Part shown: in pieces, positions 36,762 to 44,810 of the stretch
Layout of the letters: each line of letters begins with the position of its first letter
How positions within the stretch are numbered: position 1 is the first letter of the stretch
NCBI GenBank assembly: GCA_007135085.1
Contig: SLJM01000154.1
Span: 293 to 64,292 of the forward strand
Direction: 5' to 3'
DNA length: 64,000 nucleotides
Origin: Myxococcales bacterium
GTDB lineage: Bacteria > Myxococcota_A > Bradymonadia > Bradymonadales > Bradymonadaceae
The notes under the pieces: model-generated
Told to the model about the DNA's origin: nothing
Seen by the model: the letters and a program-made list of their open reading frames with translations, nothing else
Databases searched by the model: none
Translations under genes and position numbers: made by a program

Positions 36762-39233
36762 CTAACGCAGATGAGCGTCTACTTTTCGCTCCAGATGGGA
36801 CAATAACTGGCGATCGGCGGCTTCGACCTGCGCCTCCTCCAGGGTCCGCTCCGGACTGCGGTACGTCACCTTGATGGCCAGGCTCTTCTTACCCTCCGGA
36901 ACCTGGCGTCCCTCGTAGACATCGAAGAGTTCGAGTCCCTCGAAGATCTGGCCGAATTCGCCGCCTTCAGCGGCCAATTCGTCCAGGGCGTTGCGGAGAT
37001 CGCCGTAGGGGCGATCGTCGTCGTAGAGCAGCGCGAAGTCGCGCACCACGGCCGGGAATTTCGGAGCCGGCCGGGCCACAGCCACCGCACCTCCACAGGC
37101 GACGAGGGCTTCCAGGTCGATCTCGGCGAAGAAAAGAGACTGCTCCAACCCCTCTTTCTGGGCCACCGCGGGATGAAGCTGACCGATGATCCCCAGGCGC
37201 TCATCGCCGCTGAACCACTCGGCCTGTACACCCGGGTGGAGATAGGGCTCGGCCACCTCGGGCCGACTCCAACGGGTGTGGCCGACCTGCCAGGGCTTGG
37301 CTGCGGCCTCGACGACTCCCTTTAAGTCGTAAAAATCCCAGCTCTGTTCGCCGCTCCAATGGCGCAGGCGCTGTCCCGTGACAACCATTGCCAACGTGCG
37401 CATCTCGCGCTCCGGAAAATAGCGGCGGCCCATTTCAAAAAGAGCCACGTCATGGCGCCGTCGGGCGAAATTAGTCTTCACATTATCGAGCAGCGACGGC
37501 ACCAGGGTGGTGCGCATCCGGGTCTGCGTGGCCACCAGCGGATTGGCCACCCTCGCCGCCTGCCGACGGCGATCGTCGTCGGCCAGGTCGAGGCGATCCA
37601 GATCGTCGTCGCCCATAAAGCTATAATTGATGGCCTCCAAAAACCCCTGGCCCAGCAAAAATTTGCGAACCCATTCCAGTTGGCCTCGCTCCTGCCGGCT
37701 GACCACAGTCTCGATCTTTTCGTTCGAGCTGCGGCGGTGGCGCTCACCGGCGACGATTCGGGGCAGCGTGGTCGGGATATTATCGTAGCCATAGAGGCGT
37801 GCGATCTCTTCGACGAGATCGACGGGCCGCTCCAGGTCTCGGCGATAGGTGGGCGCCAGGCAACTCAAAGTCGACTCTTCGACCTCCACTGTGACACCGA
37901 TACCGGCGAGATACTCCGCACATTTGGCGGCTTCCACCTCGACCCCCAGCAGCGACGACACCCGTCGGGCGCTGAGTTCGATAGACGCCCTCGCCTCCTC
38001 ATCGGTGCCGCTGGCCAGCGGATCGGCGAAGACGACCGGTTTACTTCCGGCCCCCTCTTGTTGAACGTCGACGAGCAACCCAAGTGCCCGCTGCATCGAC
38101 GCAGCCACTGCCCCGGCATCGATTCCCCGCTCGAAGCGATGGCTCGAATCGGTGTGCAGCCCGTGGCGCTTGGCGCTTTTCCTGACCGTCGTGGGATCAA
38201 AGAAGGCACATTCCAATAAGATCCGCGTCGTCTTGTCACTGACCTCCGAATCGGCACCGCCCATCACACCAGCAATGGCTACCGGCTTGGAAGCGTCGGC
38301 GATGACCAGGTCCTCCGTGCTGAGTTCGTATTCGCCATGATCGATGCCGACCAGCTTTTCTCCTTCTTCGGCCCGGCGGACCACGATCTTCTGCCCCTCC
38401 AGGCGATCCAGATCAAAGGCATGTAGCGGCTGACCGACGTCCATGAGAATAAAATTGGTGATATCCACCACGGAGTTGACGCTTCGCAGTCCCACGCTCG
38501 CCAGGCGGTGGCGGAGCCATTGGGGGCTGTCCGTGACCTTCACATCTTCCACGACGGCCAGTCGATAGTGCGGACACCCCTTGGCGTCGACCACCTCGAG
38601 GGACGCCGCCTCTTTGGTGGCCGAGGTGCCTGTGGCGAATTCGGGCACCTTCAGTCGCTGTTGTCGAAGCTCCCGGTCATAAAGTGCGGCCACTTCCCGG
38701 GCCACCCCGAGATGACTGAGGCAATCGGAGCGGTTCGGAGTCAGATCGATCTCAAGAATCGTATCCCGCAACTCCAAGGCATCGAAAATGGGCTCGCCAA
38801 TGGGCGCGTCATCATCGAGGATCATCAATCCCTCGGCCTCTTCGGCCAACCCCAACTCCTCGGCGCTGCAGAGCATCCCCTGAGAATGAATCCCCATGAC
38901 CTTTCGGGCGCCGATGTCGAAATCGATCCCCGGCGGCGACGATCCCGGCCTGGCCAGGGGCACCCGATCGCCTGCCTTCATATTCTTGGCGCCGCAGACC
39001 ACGGTGCGCAGCTCGTCGCCACCGTCATCGACCTTGCAGACCACCAGGCGATCGGCCTTGGGATGTTCTTCGATGGCGTCGATGCGGGCCACGACCACAT
39101 CGTCACTTCCGGCGCCGATCTCCTCGATGGCGTCCACTTCCAGACCTGCCATCGTCAATCGGTGCGCCAACTCCTGAGGATCCAGATCGGCGACCTCGAT
39201 CCACTCGTCGAGCCATTTGATGCTGACCTTCAT
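36762..39233 (-). CDS. pheT: phenylalanine-tRNA ligase beta subunit
   Basis: 823 aa. N-terminal tRNA-binding domain VVARIDAIEEHPKADRLVVCKVD, followed by B3/4, B5 and FDX-ACB regions. Confidence 0.95.
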   Translation of the reverse strand: MKVSIKWLDEWIEVADLDPQELAHRLTMAGLEVDAIEEIGAGSDDVVVARIDAIEEHPKADRLVVCKVDDGGDELRTVVCGAKNMKAGDRVPLARPGSSPPGIDFDIGARKVMGIHSQGMLCSAEELGLAEEAEGLMILDDDAPIGEPIFDALELRDTILEIDLTPNRSDCLSHLGVAREVAALYDRELRQQRLKVPEFATGTSATKEAASLEVVDAKGCPHYRLAVVEDVKVTDSPQWLRHRLASVGLRSVNSVVDITNFILMDVGQPLHAFDLDRLEGQKIVVRRAEEGEKLVGIDHGEYELSTEDLVIADASKPVAIAGVMGGADSEVSDKTTRILLECAFFDPTTVRKSAKRHGLHTDSSHRFERGIDAGAVAASMQRALGLLVDVQQEGAGSKPVVFADPLASGTDEEARASIELSARRVSSLLGVEVEAAKCAEYLAGIGVTVEVEESTLSCLAPTYRRDLERPVDLVEEIARLYGYDNIPTTLPRIVAGERHRRSSNEKIETVVSRQERGQLEWVRKFLLGQGFLEAINYSFMGDDDLDRLDLADDDRRRQAARVANPLVATQTRMRTTLVPSLLDNVKTNFARRRHDVALFEMGRRYFPEREMRTLAMVVTGQRLRHWSGEQSWDFYDLKGVVEAAAKPWQVGHTRWSRPEVAEPYLHPGVQAEWFSGDERLGIIGQLHPAVAQKEGLEQSLFFAEIDLEALVACGGAVAVARPAPKFPAVVRDFALLYDDDRPYGDLRNALDELAAEGGEFGQIFEGLELFDVYEGRQVPEGKKSLAIKVTYRSPERTLEEAQVEAADRQLLSHLERKVDAHLR

Positions 39234-39304
39234 GATCTCTGTTCCTTTGTGTCGTGCTTCTATCTACCGAAATTCGTCGCCTGCCATCGAAGTACGGAGG
39301 GGAC

Positions 39305-40336
39305 TCAAAATTGTTCGAGAAAACGCTGGTCGTTCTCGAAGAATCGACGAATATCACCGATGCCGCGGGTGAGCATGGCGATTCGCTCCACCCCCAACCC
39401 GAAGGCAAATCCGCTATAGCGCTCGGGATCGATGCCCGAGGCCTCGAAGACATTGGGGTCGACCATTCCCGAGCCCAGAATTTCGAGCCATCCCGTATCG
39501 CTGCACACCCGGCATCCATCGCCATGGCAGAAGATACACTCCACGTCGACCTCGGCGCTGGGCTCAGTGAAGGGGAAGTAGCTGGGCCGAAAGCGAATCT
39601 GTGTCCCTTCGCCAAAACAGCGCTGTGCAAACTCGGTCAGTGTGCCTTTGAGGTCGGCCATGGACACTTCTTCGTCGATCAACAACCCCTCGATCTGATG
39701 GAAGACCGGGCTGTGAGTCAGATCGCTGTCGCAGCGGTAGACCCGCCCCGGGGAGATGATCTGGATGGGGAGTTCATAGGCCTGCATGGTGCGCACCTGA
39801 ACCGGAGAGGTATGAGTGCGCAGTAGCCGCCCGTCGGTGAGCATAAACGTGTCTTGCATGTCCCGCGCCGGGTGATCGGGCGGGAAATTGAGGGCCTCGA
39901 AATTAAAATAATCGGTCTCGATCTCGGGCCCCTCGGCCACGGCAAAGCCCATCTCTTCGAAGATGGCGATGAGTTCGTTCTCCACCTGTCGCAGGGGATG
40001 GCCCAGGCTCACCTCGGGCTTGCGCCCCGGAAGCGTGACGTCCAGGGTCTCCTCGCGCATTTTGCGCTCCAGTTCGCGCTGCGCCAGCTCTTTTAGCCGT
40101 GCATCGAAAGCCCCCTGGATGGCCTGTTTGGCCTGGTTGATCGCCTGGCCGGCCACGGGCTTGTCCTCATTGGGCAGCTCACGCAGCACGGTCATCAATT
40201 CCTGAACACTTCCGCTTCGGCCCAGATAGCGATTCTTGACCTGAATGGCCTCTTCTTTCTGTTCCACGCCGGCGAGTTTTCCCACCGCCTCATCGGCCAA
40301 CTCTTCCAGCTTTGACTGAAGCCCTTGTATGTCCAT
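39305..40336 (-). CDS. pheS: phenylalanine-tRNA ligase alpha subunit
   Basis: HPARDMQDTF, RTHTSPVQ, FRPSYFPFTEPS, GSGMVDPNV, 343 aa. Confidence 0.95.
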   Translation of the reverse strand: MDIQGLQSKLEELADEAVGKLAGVEQKEEAIQVKNRYLGRSGSVQELMTVLRELPNEDKPVAGQAINQAKQAIQGAFDARLKELAQRELERKMREETLDVTLPGRKPEVSLGHPLRQVENELIAIFEEMGFAVAEGPEIETDYFNFEALNFPPDHPARDMQDTFMLTDGRLLRTHTSPVQVRTMQAYELPIQIISPGRVYRCDSDLTHSPVFHQIEGLLIDEEVSMADLKGTLTEFAQRCFGEGTQIRFRPSYFPFTEPSAEVDVECIFCHGDGCRVCSDTGWLEILGSGMVDPNVFEASGIDPERYSGFAFGLGVERIAMLTRGIGDIRRFFENDQRFLEQF

Positions 40337-40393
40337 GTTGCGATCCTTCTATATCCCAGCCGCGCTCCGTCAAAAGCGCGCCCATCCAACCCT

Positions 40394-40449
40394 AGAAAAA
40401 CGAAGGCCCCGCCGGCTCATCGAAGTCATCGAATGAGTCGAAGCGGGGC
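40394..40449 (-). terminator. hairpin plus U-tract between rplT and pheS (terminator or attenuator)
   Basis: The minus strand reads GCCCCGC-TTCGA-CTCAT-loop-ATGAG-CCG-GCGGGGC followed by CTTCGTTTTTC. Confidence 0.4.
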
Positions 40450-40481
40450 ACCGTCGCTCGCCAGAAATAGCTCCTGATGAA

Positions 40482-40838
40482 CTAGTCCAGCGAATCCTTG
40501 GCCACGTCGACCAGCTTGGCAAACCCCGGCCCGTCGAACACTGCCATATCAGCCAGCACTTTGCGATCCAATTCCACGCCGGCTTTATTCAACCCGGAGA
40601 TGAACCGGCTGTAGTTGAGCCCGTTCTGGCGGGTGGCGGCATTGATACGCGTGATCCAAAGGCGACGGAAGTCTCGCTTCTTCTGACGCCGATCGCGATA
40701 GGCGAAAGTCCAGGCGCGATGGACGGTCTCTTTAGCGTTCTTATACAGCCGTCGCCGGCCGCCCACGTAGCCCTTGGCGGCGCGAAGAATCTTTTTTCGT
40801 CGACGCCGGGCGCGCGGTCCTCGTTTGACACGTGGCAT
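40482..40838 (-). CDS. rplT: 50S ribosomal protein L20
   Basis: [37 protein letters not shown]..., 118 aa. Confidence 0.97.
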   Translation of the reverse strand: MPRVKRGPRARRRRKKILRAAKGYVGGRRRLYKNAKETVHRAWTFAYRDRRQKKRDFRRLWITRINAATRQNGLNYSRFISGLNKAGVELDRKVLADMAVFDGPGFAKLVDVAKDSLD

Positions 40839-40886
40839 AATGGTCCTCTCTCTCGTTTGGTGACTACGGGCGCGATGCCACGGAGT

Positions 40887-41084
40887 TCACTCTTCGTTGA
40901 TCATTTTTTTGATGCGCTTGGCGTCGGTCTTATTGAGGTAGGCCGACTGGCGAAGCTGGCGCTTTCGCTTACGACGCTTCTTGGTCAAGATGTGGCTGCG
41001 GTTTTTGCGTCGGTACTTGACCTTTCCGCTCTTCGTGACCTTAAAGCGCTTGGAAGCACCTCGATGGCTTTTCATTTTCGACAT
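40887..41084 (-). CDS. rpmI: 50S ribosomal protein L35
   Basis: MSKMKSHRGASKRFKVTKSGKVKYRRKNRSHILTKK..., 65 aa. Confidence 0.95.
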   Translation of the reverse strand: MSKMKSHRGASKRFKVTKSGKVKYRRKNRSHILTKKRRKRKRQLRQSAYLNKTDAKRIKKMINEE

Positions 41085-41247
41085 ATCGTCTCCTCTTCAA
41101 CCGTGGATCGCCGAGCCTACCCGGGCCTATACGCGTCTCGAGCCCCAGGGATGCTCGAAAAAAACAGGCGGCGCCCGCCCAGCGAGGGGGTACCGCCTTC
41201 GATGGCGCCGCCGACTCGGCATGACCCTCATCTCGGCGCGCTTTGAG

Positions 41248-41319
41248 TAGGCACGGGCGGGCTTGAACCGCCGACCTCTTCCGTGTCAGGGAAGCGCTCT
41301 CCCACTGAGCTACGTGCCT
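41248..41319 (-). tRNA. tRNA-Val (anticodon GAC), no encoded CCA
   Basis: The reverse complement folds as a cloverleaf. Acceptor AGGCACG/CGTGCCT. D arm GCTC-AGTGGGA-GAGC. Anticodon arm CTTCC-CTGACAC-GGAAG with U33, GAC and A37. T arm GGCGG-TTCAAGC-CCGCC. Discriminator A. Confidence 0.9.
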
Positions 41320-41362
41320 GAAAGCGTTTCTTTTCCCGGCGACTTCCGTCGGCGGGAGAAGG

Positions 41363-41391
41363 TTTATAGGGGTCGTCGCTGCCCCTGTCAA
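41363..41391 (-). promoter_or_regulatory. near-consensus sigma70 promoter upstream of tRNA-Val
   Basis: The minus strand reads TTGACA-ggggcagcgacgacccc(17 nt)-TATAAA. The -10 element ends about 43 nt upstream of the mature tRNA 5' end. Confidence 0.5.
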
Positions 41392-41524
41392 CAGCAGAGC
41401 GTCAAATTTTATCCGAAAGTTTGGACCATCTCTTCACGCCCTTTGATCCCGGCTTTGACAATGGCAATATAGACAGGCTTCTAAGGTCGCCAAACACAAA
41501 CCAATTTCAGTCAGGACGCCCCCT

Positions 41525-41995
41525 ATGTGGGACAAGATCTTAAGACAGGCCGCCCAGACCGGCCAAGCGAAGGGAACCCTCCCCGAGCCGACGGTGGATC
41601 TCCTCGAGGAGGTCTGGCCTACCCTGGTGGGCGATCAGATCGCCCGGGTCAGCTCCCCCCGGGGACTCCGAGATCGTATCCTTTATATAGCCACCCGCGA
41701 AAAGGCCCTGGTCGACGAGTGGCGGCGCTCCCCAGCTCCCCTGCTGCGGAGAATCCTACAGAGCTCGCCATGGCCAATTGAAAAGCTAAGCATCGATCAC
41801 GATCCTTCGGCGGGTCGAAGGATCGCAACCACACCGACAAAGTTCGACACAGCCGAGTCCGCCAATGGCACTCCCCCCAGCGATGAAATAACCCCTGAGC
41901 TCTGCGACATTGCCAGTGATGTCGACGGCATCGACGACGAACTGGCATCGATCCTCGGCGCCATCGCCAGACACCGTCACAAGCGCCGCCAATAA
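41525..41995 (+). CDS. DUF721 (DciA-like) domain protein
   Basis: N-terminal ~95 aa pattern (EVWPTLVGDQIARVSSPRGLRDRILYIATREKALVDEWRRSPAPLLRRI) resembles DUF721. Judged by eye only. Confidence 0.5.
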   Translation: MWDKILRQAAQTGQAKGTLPEPTVDLLEEVWPTLVGDQIARVSSPRGLRDRILYIATREKALVDEWRRSPAPLLRRILQSSPWPIEKLSIDHDPSAGRRIATTPTKFDTAESANGTPPSDEITPELCDIASDVDGIDDELASILGAIARHRHKRRQ

Positions 41996-42157
41996 AATCA
42001 CCTAAAAGTCTACCGCCCATGAGCGCCGACGCTTGCGCCAGACGTGGACTTTCGCTAAGTGAAGGGGACTGTGATCGCGTCATTCGCACAGATTGGGTCC
42101 GCTACACATGGTGCGGATCTTGACTCCCCCCCGATTCCCATGCCGAGTAAGAGGCAC

Positions 42158-44128
42158 ATGCTGAACACCGAACCCCAAACTTTCGACGACTTCTATCTCA
42201 GCGATGAGATGCGTCGCGCCCTCCATTCTGTTGAATATACCCAACCCACTCCGGTCCAGGGCAAGGCGATTCCCCTGATCCTGGCCGGAATCGACCTGAC
42301 CCTTCAATCTCCGACGGGTTCGGGAAAGACCGCGGCGTTTGCGATTCCCATCATCGAGATGCTCGAGCCACGTCCGGGGCGAATTGACGTACTGGTCATG
42401 ACGCCCACCCGGGAGTTGGCCAAGCAGGTCTGCAAAGAATTCGAGGGATTGGGTCAATTCAAAGATCTCAAGGCCACCGCCATTTACGGCGGCACCTCCT
42501 ACGAGCGTCAATATGAAGCGCTGGAGACGGCCTCCATCGTCGTCGCCACGCCGGGCCGGCTTCTGGATCTATGCGAGAAAAAGCGCCTCGACCTGAGCCA
42601 ACTGCGGGTGCTCGTCCTCGACGAGGCCGACGAAATGCTGTCCATGGGCTTTCGCGACGATATCGAAGCGGTCATGGCCTACCTGCCCGAAGAGCGGCAG
42701 AGCATTTTATGCTCGGCGACGATCACCAACGAGATCAAAGCCCTGGCCAACAGCATCTTGTTCTACCCGGAGTTCGTCACCCTCTCGAGCGACTCCGTGG
42801 CTGCCCTGGACGTGACCCACTATTACTACAGCGTCGACGGCGTGGGCCGCCCCAGAGATCTTCTCAAGGTGCTGGAATATGAAGAGCCCGACAGCGCTCT
42901 GATCTTTGCCAACACCAAACGGGAGACCTTCTCGGTCACCACTTTTTTGAAGCGCCACGGCTATCGGGCGGACGTGCTCAACGGCGATCTTCCCCAGAAA
43001 GAGCGGGAGAAGACCCTGCGAGCCCTGCGCGATGGCAAGATCGATTATATCGTGGCCACCGACGTAGCAGCTCGAGGCATCGACATCTCCGACCTGAGCC
43101 ACGTGCTCAACTACAGCCTTCCCGACTCGGCCGAGGTCTATATCCACCGCACGGGCCGAACCGGTCGCGCGGGCAAAAAGGGCAAGGCAATAAGCCTTAT
43201 CGCCCCCACCGAAGTGGACACGTTCTTCCAGATCAAAAAGATGTACGACGTTAAATTGGAAGAGCGAGCCCTTCCCACCACACGAGAAATCATGACCGCT
43301 CGCCAGCAGCGCTCCCTCATTAAATTGAACGAAGATCTCGATTCTCTGGAGGGCATCCCCTACGGCGCCCATCTCAAGGTGGCGGAACAACTCCTGATGG
43401 GAGCCCCCGAGATCGACGAACATATCAACCGCGCCACCCTGGCCGCTCGCCTGTTGGCGCTGGCCGACAGCGTCGTCTCCGGTGAATTCCAACGCCCCGC
43501 AAACGGCCGCGGCCCGGCCACGGTCGCCCAGAAGGCTGCGCCCGCAGAAAGGAAAGCCCCTCAAAAAGAGGAGCCCGTCGAGAAGAGAGAAGAGGCGATC
43601 AAAACAGAAGAAGTGGTCGTCGAAAAAGAAGAAAAGAAAGAGCGAGCCCCGGCCAAAGCCAGTGCGCGCAGCCGGAAATCCCGTGATGACCGAGACCGGC
43701 GCAAGTCCACCTCAGACGATGAGGAACGAAGCAGTCGACGACGACGGCGACGGCGTGGCCGGACCTCGGACAGCGATAATGGCGGCGCTCGTGCTGCCAC
43801 CAGCCCCGAGCCATCCTCCCCTGATATTAAAGGACAAGACGAAGATATGGATCAGATCACCCCCGTTGCCCCCGCCATCGACAGCCCCTCGTCGACGCGC
43901 AAGATGTATATGAATATCGGCCGAAATGCCTTCGAATCTGCCAAAGATCTCATCGACATGGTATGCTATATGTCGGGCATGGACCCGGAAGACTTCGGCA
44001 AGGTCAACGTGGAAAGCTCCTACTCCTTCGTCCATGTCCGGGAAGATTATTTCAGCGACGTCATCGCCGCCCTCCACGGGCAGGAGTGGGAAGGCAATAA
44101 GATCACAGCCGAACCGGCGCGCAAATAA
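42158..44128 (+). CDS. DEAD-box ATP-dependent RNA helicase with a K/E/R-rich linker and DbpA-type C-terminal RNA-binding domain
   Basis: Q motif TPVQ, PTGSGKT, VLDEADEML, SAT, HRTGRTGRAGKKG, and C-terminal KMYMNIGRNAF...ITAEPARK. AAGAGG RBS before ATG 42158; ATG 42140 is an alternative start. Confidence 0.9.
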   Translation: MLNTEPQTFDDFYLSDEMRRALHSVEYTQPTPVQGKAIPLILAGIDLTLQSPTGSGKTAAFAIPIIEMLEPRPGRIDVLVMTPTRELAKQVCKEFEGLGQFKDLKATAIYGGTSYERQYEALETASIVVATPGRLLDLCEKKRLDLSQLRVLVLDEADEMLSMGFRDDIEAVMAYLPEERQSILCSATITNEIKALANSILFYPEFVTLSSDSVAALDVTHYYYSVDGVGRPRDLLKVLEYEEPDSALIFANTKRETFSVTTFLKRHGYRADVLNGDLPQKEREKTLRALRDGKIDYIVATDVAARGIDISDLSHVLNYSLPDSAEVYIHRTGRTGRAGKKGKAISLIAPTEVDTFFQIKKMYDVKLEERALPTTREIMTARQQRSLIKLNEDLDSLEGIPYGAHLKVAEQLLMGAPEIDEHINRATLAARLLALADSVVSGEFQRPANGRGPATVAQKAAPAERKAPQKEEPVEKREEAIKTEEVVVEKEEKKERAPAKASARSRKSRDDRDRRKSTSDDEERSSRRRRRRRGRTSDSDNGGARAATSPEPSSPDIKGQDEDMDQITPVAPAIDSPSSTRKMYMNIGRNAFESAKDLIDMVCYMSGMDPEDFGKVNVESSYSFVHVREDYFSDVIAALHGQEWEGNKITAEPARK

Positions 44129-44165
44129 AGGACGTGCCGGAAATATCCTTACGGAGTTCGATCCC

Positions 44166-44708
44166 ATGATCGCACCGACCCTTCGTTCCACCGCCGCAAT
44201 ATTCGTCGTCCTCGCCATCTTGGCGCTGACCTCCGGATGCGAACCGGACGGCCAGTCCCTAGAAGAGGATCCCCTGGCCCCCGATCCCGATCTGCCCGAG
44301 GCAGTCGTCGATCTCCCATCTCCACCGCCGGAATCGGCGTTTGAGATTCGCGAGCATAATGACGACGGCTCCCTTCGCGTGGAAGGGCTGGTGGCCAACC
44401 GCGATAATTATATCAATAACGAGGTCGAAGTACGGGGTGTGGTCGCCTCCATCAGGGGCCACGATTGCACGCCAGGTGGCCCCGAACGCTGTCCCCGCCC
44501 CCATCTCCTGATTCGAGATCACGCCGACGACAATCTAGAAATGATGGTCGTCGGTTACGAAAACCCCTTTCTTCGCACCGCCAGCATCGAGGAGGGAGAG
44601 GATTTCCTCTTCCGAGGAACTTATACCCACTCAGCCCACGACTTCCCGTCCTCGGAGATCGGCCTCATTGACCTGGCCGCCGTCGACGATCACGAACTCG
44701 AGGAATGA
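44166..44708 (+). CDS. lipoprotein of unknown function
   Basis: MIAPTLRSTAAIFVVLAILALTSGC (lipobox LTSGC). Trimmed from ORF-track start 43926, which overlaps the helicase gene. Confidence 0.45.
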   Translation: MIAPTLRSTAAIFVVLAILALTSGCEPDGQSLEEDPLAPDPDLPEAVVDLPSPPPESAFEIREHNDDGSLRVEGLVANRDNYINNEVEVRGVVASIRGHDCTPGGPERCPRPHLLIRDHADDNLEMMVVGYENPFLRTASIEEGEDFLFRGTYTHSAHDFPSSEIGLIDLAAVDDHELEE

Positions 44709-44767
44709 GCCCATACCTCAGATCTGGAATCTCCCCAGTTTAAACCACCTCTAGATTGATCTTCGCT

Positions 44768-44810
44768 CCGCAACGCCCATTTTAGTGATGGGCGTTGCGG
44801 ATTATTTTTT
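44768..44810 (+). terminator. rho-independent terminator between convergent genes
   Basis: Perfect 13-bp stem CCGCAACGCCCAT-tttagtg-ATGGGCGTTGCGG followed by ATTATTTTTT. The U-tract overlaps the stop of the convergent methyltransferase gene. Confidence 0.7.
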
